This document shows positions 8,782 through 16,754 of a DNA stretch of 64,000 bases, one piece after another (positions within the stretch are counted from its first letter, which is position 1; every line of letters starts with the position of its first letter). Made by a program: the position numbers and the translations under genes. The notes beneath the pieces are model-generated. The model saw only the letters and a list, made by a program, of their open reading frames with translations. It was not told where the DNA came from and made no database searches. The DNA lies in NCBI GenBank assembly GCA_965655895.1, contig CBFHID010000002.1:6339-70338 (forward strand), given 5' to 3'. The stretch comes from Candidatus Pelagibacteraceae bacterium (lineage in GTDB: Bacteria > Pseudomonadota > Alphaproteobacteria > Pelagibacterales > Pelagibacteraceae).

Positions 8782-10661
8782 CTTATTGCCCTCTTGCCAT
8801 TTCCATTTGTTTTTAATCTAGCTCCAAGTTCACAAGCGTCTCTATTATCTTTGCTAAAAGTATCTTTTCTTGAATTACCTCTTGATTGAGGTGAGCCTTT
8901 TTCCCAGCTTGCTAATTTTTCTAATTCATTAAGAACAGTATTAATGCTTGCTGAATTTAATTCTTGTTTAGTATGAGTTAAATTTCCTTTTACAAAAGCA
9001 TTAATTCTTCTAATTTCAAAAGGATCCATATTTAGTTTCTCTGCCGCAATATCTAACATGGACTCAGTTGCAAATTCAGTTTGTAAAGCGCCGAAACTTC
9101 TAAATGCACCGCTAGGAGTATTATTGGTATAAACTCCACGAGTATCCATTTTTAAATTTTCAATATTATATGGACCAGCTCCTAAAATAGCTGCCTTTCT
9201 CATCACACCTTCAGTTGAACAACCATACGCTCCGCCGTCTGCTAACATACTAATCTCTACTGCAAGAATTTTTCCTTCTTTAGTTAAACCCATTTTATAT
9301 TTAGTTCGACTTGGATGTCTTTTGGCTGTTGAGACAATGTCTTCTTCTCTAGTCATTACATATTTAATTGGCTGTCTTGTTTTAGTTGCTAGCAAGGCTA
9401 ACATTCCTTGGTAAATCATATCCTCTTTACCGCCAAAACCTCCACCAACTGGTGACATGATGAAACGTACTTTATGAATTGGAAGATTCATAATTTTTGC
9501 CATCATATGTCTGTGGTGAGTAATATTTTGACTTGGAGAAACAATTGTTAAAACTCCATCTTGATCAACATAAGAAACTCCAGCCATTGGTTCTAGATAG
9601 GCATGCTCAACAGGCTGAGTTGAAAACTCATCTTCAATAATTAAATCAGATTTTTTAAATGCTTCTTCAGTATTTCCTTTTCTAATTGGAATATGTTTTA
9701 CTAAATTCGTTTTATAATGTTCGTGAATTAAAATTTTTTCCTTTAAAGCTTCTTCTGGATCGTAAAGAGCTGGAAGATCCTTGTATTTAATTTTAATTGC
9801 ATTTACAGCATCCTTCGCTTGCTCCAAAGTATCGGCTGCAACTGCAACTATTGCTTCACCAACATATCTAACTTTATCTTTTGCTAATACAGGTTGGTCT
9901 TCAATAAATACTCCAAAATTATCAACTCCTGGAACATCATCGCATGTTACAATTCCTCTTACACCTTCTATTTTTTTTGCTTTTGATAAATCAATACTTA
10001 ATATTTTTGCATGAGGCCTATCGCTTCTTAATACCTGCATATGAAGCATGTTTGGCATCTTCATATCCGCAGCATATTTTAATCTTCCAGTAACTTTGCT
10101 TGGGGCATCAATTCTTTTAACGTTCGCACCAATAAAAGAGTTTGCTGGTTTCTCATACTCATCAAAAACCTTTTCGGGCTTTTCTTTATTAATTACATCC
10201 CTTGCCATTTCAACTGCATCAAAGATTTTTTGGTAACCAGTGCATCTACAAATGTTACCTCCCATTTCCTCTTTGATTTGCTCAATGTTAGCCTTTGGAT
10301 TATTTCTCAAAGTTGATGTTGCAGCCATCACCATTCCTGGAATACAAAATCCACACTGACTAGCGCCAGTAGCACAAAATGCTTTTTGGATTTCTGACAT
10401 TTTTTCGGGGTTTCCCATGCCTTCAACGGTCTCTATTTTTGCTCCATCAGCTTTTGCAGCTGGGACAAGGCAACTCTTAACTAATTTTCCATTAATAAAA
10501 ACAGAGCATGTTCCGCACTCACCAGCTCCGCACCCTTCCTTGGTACCAGTTAAATCTAAATCCTCTCTTAGAAAATCTAATAATCGGTAATGAGATTGTG
10601 TTGATTTTTTAATTTTTTTCCCATTTACTACTAAATTTAACTCCATATTAGGCATGTACAC
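8778..10661 (-). CDS. Fusion of a [2Fe-2S] small subunit with the N-terminal half of an XDH-family molybdopterin-binding subunit
   Basis: 627 aa. Two [2Fe-2S] modules (CGAGECGTC..C, then CGFCIPG...CRCTGY) are followed by the a/b-hammerhead and first Mo-binding domain (IGANVKRIDAPSKVTGRLKYAADM...). An alternative start at ATG 10646 (MELNLVVNGK) would remove the 14-nt overlap. Confidence 0.85.
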   Translation of the reverse strand: MYMPNMELNLVVNGKKIKKSTQSHYRLLDFLREDLDLTGTKEGCGAGECGTCSVFINGKLVKSCLVPAAKADGAKIETVEGMGNPEKMSEIQKAFCATGASQCGFCIPGMVMAATSTLRNNPKANIEQIKEEMGGNICRCTGYQKIFDAVEMARDVINKEKPEKVFDEYEKPANSFIGANVKRIDAPSKVTGRLKYAADMKMPNMLHMQVLRSDRPHAKILSIDLSKAKKIEGVRGIVTCDDVPGVDNFGVFIEDQPVLAKDKVRYVGEAIVAVAADTLEQAKDAVNAIKIKYKDLPALYDPEEALKEKILIHEHYKTNLVKHIPIRKGNTEEAFKKSDLIIEDEFSTQPVEHAYLEPMAGVSYVDQDGVLTIVSPSQNITHHRHMMAKIMNLPIHKVRFIMSPVGGGFGGKEDMIYQGMLALLATKTRQPIKYVMTREEDIVSTAKRHPSRTKYKMGLTKEGKILAVEISMLADGGAYGCSTEGVMRKAAILGAGPYNIENLKMDTRGVYTNNTPSGAFRSFGALQTEFATESMLDIAAEKLNMDPFEIRRINAFVKGNLTHTKQELNSASINTVLNELEKLASWEKGSPQSRGNSRKDTFSKDNRDACELGARLKTNGNGKRAIR

Positions 10662-11577
10662 TCTCCATTTCTAGTTCTACTTTATTGTCAAATTTTTGTA
10701 TTACTTCTTCAACATTATTTTTTCCTAAAGATTTTAAAATTGATCGAATAATAAAATTTTGCAAAACTTCTTTTCTATATTCTCTTCGTGATCTTGATTG
10801 AATAACATCTAAATCCAACATGGATGCTGCATAAATATTATTTTCATCAATAGATTTACCTTTTAAAAACTTCTCAGTTTTAGTTAATCTTGTTGGAACC
10901 TCACAAACACCTCCAACTGCAATTCTTACATCTTGAAATTTATTTTTATTTAATTTAACCAATGAAGAAACACACACGGTTGAAATTACTAAAGATCTTC
11001 TATGTCCAACTTTTTCAAAACATGCTCCATAACCATCTGTATTTTCAACTTCTAAATCCACTAATAGATCGTTATTCTTAAGGGCAACTTTGTTTCGGCC
11101 TTTTACAAATTTTTCTAAAGGCATTTTTTGTTTAATAATTTTTTTATTTTTCAAAGAGGCAACTGTAACTTTTGTATTTAAAGTTAAAAATGCCGGCATA
11201 CCATCTCCTGCAGGGGAAGCATTAACAATATTACCGCCAATGGTAGCGAGTTCCCTAATTTGATCATCTGCGAACCATACTGAAACTTGGGGTAAAACTT
11301 TTAAACTTTTCCTAATTTTTTTATCTAAAAAAAGCTTTTGATAATTTATTGCAGCTCCTAGTAAAACTTTTTTTGAGCCAAATTTAAATACATTAAGCTC
11401 TTTAATTCTACTCACATCGACTACATTTTTTAAAAATACATCGCCACCACGACCTTCTCTTGCCCATGGAAGGATATCGGTACACCCTGCTACGATACGA
11501 CAATCTTTAATCTTTGAAGTTAAATCAAAGTATTCTTTGAGTGTCTTTGGAATAAAATAATTGTCGTATCTAAGCAT
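10648..11577 (-). CDS. XDH-family FAD-binding (medium, CoxM/NdhF-like) subunit
   Basis: 309 aa with the IVAGCTDILPW and ATIGGNIVNASPAGD motifs of FAD-binding molybdopterin dehydrogenase subunits. Confidence 0.85.
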   Translation of the reverse strand: MLRYDNYFIPKTLKEYFDLTSKIKDCRIVAGCTDILPWAREGRGGDVFLKNVVDVSRIKELNVFKFGSKKVLLGAAINYQKLFLDKKIRKSLKVLPQVSVWFADDQIRELATIGGNIVNASPAGDGMPAFLTLNTKVTVASLKNKKIIKQKMPLEKFVKGRNKVALKNNDLLVDLEVENTDGYGACFEKVGHRRSLVISTVCVSSLVKLNKNKFQDVRIAVGGVCEVPTRLTKTEKFLKGKSIDENNIYAASMLDLDVIQSRSRREYRKEVLQNFIIRSILKSLGKNNVEEVIQKFDNKVELEMESVHA

Positions 11578-11583
11578 AAATTA

Positions 11584-12717
11584 CTAAGCTAATCTTTGAT
11601 CGTTTCTAACTACAACCTTGATTGCGTCTTCGATCCTTTCTTTGGTATACTTCAATCCAGTTTCCAAATCTTTCATTGGAAAAGTATGGGTATGAATCAA
11701 CTTTGCATCGAATCTTTTTTGAGCCATTAAAGCCATAGCTCTATGACATGCAGATTTACCTTCTCCGCGCGTTGCAAAAATATATGCGTTATTTCTAACT
11801 AAGTTTGCTATATCAACGGTTACTGGTTTTGATGGAAAAGCAGCTAAACCGATTTTACCACCTCTTCTAATCATTGAAGATGCGTCGTTAATTGCATTTT
11901 CTGCACCTGAGCATTCCAGGACATAATGTGCTCCAACTCCACCCGTTAACTCTTTTACTTTTTTTACTGCGTCTTCGTTTCTCACATTTATTACGTGAGA
12001 TGCACCGAGTTTTTTTCCTATTTCCAATCTATTATCTCTAGTACCTGTTAAAATAACTTCAGCACCAAGTGAACTAGCTACTCCAACTGCGCATAAACCG
12101 ATTGGTCCTGGTCCTGTAATAACTATAGTTTGACCGGCATATAAACCACCCATCACATCTAAAGTGTACATACTGGTACCTGCGGTTACACACAATGTTG
12201 CTTCTTCATCAGACATGTCATCAGGAACTTTAACTAATGTTTGAGTTCGATTTGTCATATACTCTGCAAAGGCACCGTCTGTCGTAAAACCATTAGCTTT
12301 ATGTCCTCTGTCAGTATAGCTATAATTTAAACAAGAAGTGTACCAACCTTTTCTACACATTTCACATCTACTACAACCTGCATGAATTTCTACACAAACT
12401 CTATCACCAGGTTTAAATTCGTGAACACCTTCTCCTAACTTCACCACTGTACCCATTGCTTCATGGCCAAAAGTAAAATCTTTATTAAAAGGTAACTCTC
12501 CATTTATCATTGCAGGTAAACCGTGAGACATAATTTCTAAATCAGTTGCACATATTGCTACTGCATCAATTTTTAAAAGAACCTCACCTTCTTTTGGTTC
12601 TGGTATAGGTTTTTTCTTTATTGAAATATTATTAGGATCATTCAGTACCCAAGCACCCATTTCCTTTGGTATTTCAAATTTTTGGTTGTGACCCATCATA
12701 CTCTCATCACGCGGCAT
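11584..12717 (-). CDS. Zn-dependent medium-chain alcohol/polyol dehydrogenase
   Basis: I moved the start to ATG 12717 (MPRDESMMGHN...) because AAGGAG lies 7 nt upstream. Motifs: AVAICATDLE, GHEAMGTV, the Cys cluster CSRCEMCRKG and the Rossmann block ITGPGPIGL. Confidence 0.85.
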   Translation of the reverse strand: MPRDESMMGHNQKFEIPKEMGAWVLNDPNNISIKKKPIPEPKEGEVLLKIDAVAICATDLEIMSHGLPAMINGELPFNKDFTFGHEAMGTVVKLGEGVHEFKPGDRVCVEIHAGCSRCEMCRKGWYTSCLNYSYTDRGHKANGFTTDGAFAEYMTNRTQTLVKVPDDMSDEEATLCVTAGTSMYTLDVMGGLYAGQTIVITGPGPIGLCAVGVASSLGAEVILTGTRDNRLEIGKKLGASHVINVRNEDAVKKVKELTGGVGAHYVLECSGAENAINDASSMIRRGGKIGLAAFPSKPVTVDIANLVRNNAYIFATRGEGKSACHRAMALMAQKRFDAKLIHTHTFPMKDLETGLKYTKERIEDAIKVVVRNDQRLA

Positions 12718-13501
12718 GTTTATCTCCTTTTTTTCTAGTTTTTTTAAAGTATTTTCCAATTTCAAGGGCAGAAAATTTCACAGAATTTTTAATTTTTTCT
12801 AAATATTTTTTATCAGTTATTATTTTAAATTTTGGAGACGAACAGCTAATAGAAGCAAAAGGTCTTTGCTCATCATCAAAAATAGGATAGCCAACACAAA
12901 AAACACCTGGCTGAAACTCTTCATCATCAGTAGCAAATCCATTTTTTTTAATTTTTTTTAATTCATTAGTCAAAAGATTAATATTCGTAATTGTATGATT
13001 GGTAAATTTCTCTAATTTTGCTTTTAAGATTTTTTTTTGACTTACTTCACTCATATAAGCTAACATCGCTTTACCTGATGCCGTTGCATGAAATGCATTA
13101 TCTTTGTTTAAGAAACCATGGTCAACTCTAACTGGATGGACAGACTCTAGCATACTTAAAGTTATTAGTTTTGTTCCTTCAAATGAAGCAAGGTGAACAG
13201 CTTCGCCAGTAGTATCATTAATTTTTTTAATAAAAGGTTCAGCAAAATTTATAAAAGAGTTTGCATTTAAATCTATAACTTCGCCAAACTTCTTTAATTT
13301 AGATCCAAGAAAATATTTTTTTGATTTTAAATCTTGATACAAATAACCTTGATCACATATAGTTGATAGCATGTGATGAGCAGCAGATTTTTTAAACCCT
13401 AAATGATCACATATTTCTTTTAGACTAATTCCTTTTCTAGAATCAGACTCCAAAAAATAATCCAAAGTATTTAAAGTTTTAGATATAGATTTAACCGACA
13501 T
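12707..13501 (-). CDS. IclR-family transcriptional regulator
   Basis: 264 aa. N-terminal winged HTH (LKEICDHLGFKKSAAHHMLSTI) plus an IclR-type effector domain. It is the first gene of the operon. Confidence 0.9.
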   Translation of the reverse strand: MSVKSISKTLNTLDYFLESDSRKGISLKEICDHLGFKKSAAHHMLSTICDQGYLYQDLKSKKYFLGSKLKKFGEVIDLNANSFINFAEPFIKKINDTTGEAVHLASFEGTKLITLSMLESVHPVRVDHGFLNKDNAFHATASGKAMLAYMSEVSQKKILKAKLEKFTNHTITNINLLTNELKKIKKNGFATDDEEFQPGVFCVGYPIFDDEQRPFASISCSSPKFKIITDKKYLEKIKNSVKFSALEIGKYFKKTRKKGDKHAA

Positions 13502-13507
13502 GCAAAC

Positions 13508-13560
13508 AAAATAAGTAGAGATCTACAGTTTGTCAATGATAAATATAAGTTTATTATTGA
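13508..13560 (-). promoter_or_regulatory. Candidate sigma70-type promoter (TTGACA-17-TATTTT) giving a leaderless or near-leaderless iclR mRNA, with an overlapping imperfect inverted repeat
   Basis: On the minus strand, TTGACA (13536-13531), a 17-nt spacer and TATTTT (13513-13508) are followed by 6 nt and then the ATG. The inverted repeat TCAATGATAAA-N6-TTTATTATTGA (13533-13560) matches 10 of 11 positions per arm. Found by pattern only. Confidence 0.3.
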
Positions 13561-13634
13561 TGAACATTAAAGTTTGTTAATAAAAAACTTAAATTCACAA
13601 TAAATAAATGAAAAAAAATAAACCAACGGTTGTA

Positions 13635-14468
13635 TTAAAAATTTAAAAATTCAATAAATGCGCGAATTGAAATAACTATTAAAAAAATACCAAATATCTT
13701 ACTTAATAAATCTTTATTAATAGAATGTACAAGTCTTGCCCCAATGGGTGCCATAGTCATAGTAACTGGCACAAAGACTAGAAAACCAGGAATGTTTACA
13801 TATCCAATAGATAATGGTGCGGAAAAATTTGAAAACATAAATCCGCTAAATGCCATTGATGATGCTCCAAAAATTGAAATAATAAAGCCAATTGCTGCAG
13901 ATGTACCAATTGCTTCTCTAATTGGGTATCCAAATAATCTCATGAAGGGGACCCCTAAAGACCCTCCCCCAATTCCAAGGGGTACGGACATAAAACCCAT
14001 AAACAAACCTGTTAAGCTTTTAATTAGAGGTCCAACATTTTTTGGTTTTTCTCCCATTTTTTCTCTAATGAAAATAAAGAATAGACCAACGCAGAATGAG
14101 AAAATTGAAAATATCAATAATAGTTGAATAGTTTTTAATTGGGTTGCCATAAAAGTTCCAATAAAAATTCCAATCACAACAGAAATACCAAAAGATTTAA
14201 TTAAATTAAAATTTACAGCTTTAAATTTATAATGGGTTTTAGCAGACATAATCGAAGTGGGTATTATAATTGCTAAAGATGTTCCTAAAGATAAATGCAT
14301 AATAATATTTGGGTCAAACTCTAAAATTGAAAAGGCATAATATAAAGCAGGCACCATTAAAATTCCTCCACCCACTCCTAAAAGTCCAGCAATAAAACCT
14401 GATGCCGTTGCTGCAATAGCTAAAACGATCATCAAGGTAGCTAACTGGTTAAAATCTAAACTTACCAA
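13635..14468 (-). CDS. TSUP/TauE-SafE family anion (sulfite/sulfonate-type) exporter
   Basis: 277 aa with about 8 TM helices. The two halves carry GGGILMVPAL and GIGGGSLGVPF motifs typical of DUF81/TauE. Confidence 0.8.
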   Translation of the reverse strand: MVSLDFNQLATLMIVLAIAATASGFIAGLLGVGGGILMVPALYYAFSILEFDPNIIMHLSLGTSLAIIIPTSIMSAKTHYKFKAVNFNLIKSFGISVVIGIFIGTFMATQLKTIQLLLIFSIFSFCVGLFFIFIREKMGEKPKNVGPLIKSLTGLFMGFMSVPLGIGGGSLGVPFMRLFGYPIREAIGTSAAIGFIISIFGASSMAFSGFMFSNFSAPLSIGYVNIPGFLVFVPVTMTMAPIGARLVHSINKDLLSKIFGIFLIVISIRAFIEFLNF

Positions 14469-14469
14469 T

Positions 14470-15462
14470 TTAGTTTACCATTTCAACTTTTTCATTATTT
14501 TGAATAACTTCGAGAATATGTTTAACTTTTTGAAAGTCAGAGTCTCTTGCCATCATATTATCAGATAAATATCTTTTCCATTTTCCAGCACCTCTTTGTC
14601 CATGATATAAACCAACCGTATGTCTCATTATTTGATTTACTCTAGTACCGTTTTCAACTTCTTTATGAACATATTCGACTAACTTTTCTACAATTTCTTC
14701 TCTTGATAAAATATTATGATTATTAAAAATTTCTTTTTCAATTTCTGCCAAGAAATAAGGTGACTGATAAATTGCCCTACCTATCATAACACCATCAACT
14801 TCGTTTAAATGAGATTTAATTTCTTCTACATTTATAATCGCTCCGTTAATTATGATTTCAATTTCTGGGTTTGATTTTTTTATATCATATACCATTTGAT
14901 AATTTAATTTTGGGATTTTTAAATTTTCTTTAGGAGTTAATCCTTTTAGAATAGCTTTTCTTGCATGAAGAATAATTGTTTTTACTCCTGTATTTTTAAT
15001 TTTCTCAATAAAAGAATTGAGGTAATCAAAATTTTCTACATCATCATACCCAATACGAGTCTTTGCGGTTACTGGAAGAGTAGTTGAATTAACCATGGCA
15101 TGCAAACAATCTGCAACTAAATCTGGCTCCTTAATTAAACATGCGCCAAATTTATTTTTTTGTACTTTTTTACTGGGGCACCCTAAATTTAAATTTACTT
15201 CGTCATAACCAAAATCTTCTACAATTTTACAACATTCAGCTAATTCTTTTGTATTAGAGCCGCCTAATTGCAATGAAACCGGTTTTTCAAATTCACTAAA
15301 CTCTAAAACTTTTTTACGATCACCGTTCATTATTGCCCCAGTTGCAATCATTTCTGAATATAAAAAAATATTTTTACTAATTAACCTTAAAAAATATCGA
15401 TCATGACGATCAGTGCAATCCATCATAGGAGCCATGGAAATGGTTCGATTTAGGTTAGACAT
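14470..15462 (-). CDS. dusA: tRNA-dihydrouridine synthase A
   Basis: 330 aa with the MAPMMDCTDRHDRYFLRLIS N-terminus and the NLNLGCPSKKVQ catalytic block. Confidence 0.9.
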   Translation of the reverse strand: MSNLNRTISMAPMMDCTDRHDRYFLRLISKNIFLYSEMIATGAIMNGDRKKVLEFSEFEKPVSLQLGGSNTKELAECCKIVEDFGYDEVNLNLGCPSKKVQKNKFGACLIKEPDLVADCLHAMVNSTTLPVTAKTRIGYDDVENFDYLNSFIEKIKNTGVKTIILHARKAILKGLTPKENLKIPKLNYQMVYDIKKSNPEIEIIINGAIINVEEIKSHLNEVDGVMIGRAIYQSPYFLAEIEKEIFNNHNILSREEIVEKLVEYVHKEVENGTRVNQIMRHTVGLYHGQRGAGKWKRYLSDNMMARDSDFQKVKHILEVIQNNEKVEMVN

Positions 15463-16750
15463 ATTTCTTTATTTTATCAGAATAGGAAATAATACCTTTA
15501 GTAAAAAAATCTTCATGAATTTTTTCTAATTTATCTAGTTGGTATCCGTAATTAATCATAATTCCAAAAGATTCCTTGTAACCATAATCTGTTATATTTC
15601 CATTAATCAATATATTATGAATACTAGCGCCATTTCCAAGGTGAAATCTCGATACTTGATTAAGTGGCTTGTTATTAATTTTTTCATTAATTAAATAATG
15701 AGCAACTAATTTCTTAATTGCTGTTTTTTCCTCTAATATCCTTGGATCGCCAATTTTTAAATCAACCGATCTCAAAAAATCTAATTTAGAAATATCATAA
15801 TTTTTTAGTATGTTTTGAACTTTCTCTTTTTCTAAAGATAAAAACCAATCCGCAAACCCTGGTAGTGGAGATAGTGTACCAAAATTTTTAATTTTAGGGT
15901 TTTCTTCTTGAATTTCAAAAACAACTCTTTTTATCAAAAAGTTTCCAAGCGTGACTCTCATTAAACCTTCTTGACAATTACTAATAGAATAAAAAGTTGC
16001 AGTATCATAATCAATTATATCTTCTGTTTTAGGTTTAATTATCTCTTGAATTGAATTTCCTATTCCTTTAGTAAAAGCTACTTCAACAAAAATTAAAGGT
16101 TCATCAACTAAGATAGGATGAAAATAAGCAAAAAATCTTCTATCTTCTTGTTGCAATCTTCTTTTAAGATCATTCATATCTTTAATTGCGTGTACTTTTT
16201 CATATTTAATTATTTTTTCTAAAATAGCAGCTTTAGAGTCCCAGGTAATCTTTTCCAATCTTAAAAACCCTGGATTAAACCATGACTTAAAAAGATGCCT
16301 TATATCCTCGTCTAAAGTTATTAAATCTGGATTCGTTGTAGTAAACTTCAATAAATCTTCTCTCATAGATACCAAAAATTGCGTTCCATTAGGAGCCATG
16401 TTTAGTCTTCTAATAAACTCTTGTCGATTACCTTCTATGACCTCACCTAATTCATTAAGACTTTTTTGATCCTTTTTTTTTAAATAATTTTCGATTCTTT
16501 CTTCAACTTTAATTGAACTGGGCGAGAATTTTTTATTAAGTTGTTTGAAAAAATCTAATTTTTTATTACTATCAAACGAATTGTAGATTTCAGTAATCTC
16601 CCTTGCAATCGCAATTCCAGATGCTGCTCCTTTGAAAGAAATTAAATCATAACAAAGTTCTATGATATCTTTTTTTTTATAAGAAAAATTTTTTTCTAAC
16701 AGCTCTCTTCCAGCGTCTGCTATATTTTCAATTATTTTTTTTAAAAACAT
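15455..16750 (-). CDS. Malonyl-CoA decarboxylase (MatA/MLYCD family)
   Basis: 431 aa. FYSISNCQEGLMRVTLGNFLIKRV and VSRFHLGNGASI match the malonyl-CoA decarboxylase catalytic domain as I recall it. It lies 4 nt downstream of dctM. Confidence 0.85.
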   Translation of the reverse strand: MFLKKIIENIADAGRELLEKNFSYKKKDIIELCYDLISFKGAASGIAIAREITEIYNSFDSNKKLDFFKQLNKKFSPSSIKVEERIENYLKKKDQKSLNELGEVIEGNRQEFIRRLNMAPNGTQFLVSMREDLLKFTTTNPDLITLDEDIRHLFKSWFNPGFLRLEKITWDSKAAILEKIIKYEKVHAIKDMNDLKRRLQQEDRRFFAYFHPILVDEPLIFVEVAFTKGIGNSIQEIIKPKTEDIIDYDTATFYSISNCQEGLMRVTLGNFLIKRVVFEIQEENPKIKNFGTLSPLPGFADWFLSLEKEKVQNILKNYDISKLDFLRSVDLKIGDPRILEEKTAIKKLVAHYLINEKINNKPLNQVSRFHLGNGASIHNILINGNITDYGYKESFGIMINYGYQLDKLEKIHEDFFTKGIISYSDKIKKYV

Positions 16751-16754
16751 TTAA

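Noticed and set aside
8700-8900. The two Mo-subunit ORFs might be a frameshifted pseudogene of a single large subunit.
   Set aside because: The junction is a clean ATGA start/stop overlap. The downstream frame has a stop only 13 codons upstream of its ATG. The A8 run (8763-8770) lies after the junction, not at it. Both parts keep intact conserved blocks. I kept it as a natural split, but resequencing would settle the question.
12718-12765. N-terminal extensions proposed by the ORF track. These are ADH from 12765, the secreted protein from GTG 36229, the CADD-like protein from 52679, hisI from TTG 58857, the CoA-transferase from TTG 19715, and GT4 from 25161.
   Set aside because: Internal starts fit better, because they have an SD at proper spacing, give a canonical family N-terminus or signal peptide, or remove long overlaps with the neighbouring gene. 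The extensions read through promoter or repeat sequence or the upstream gene.
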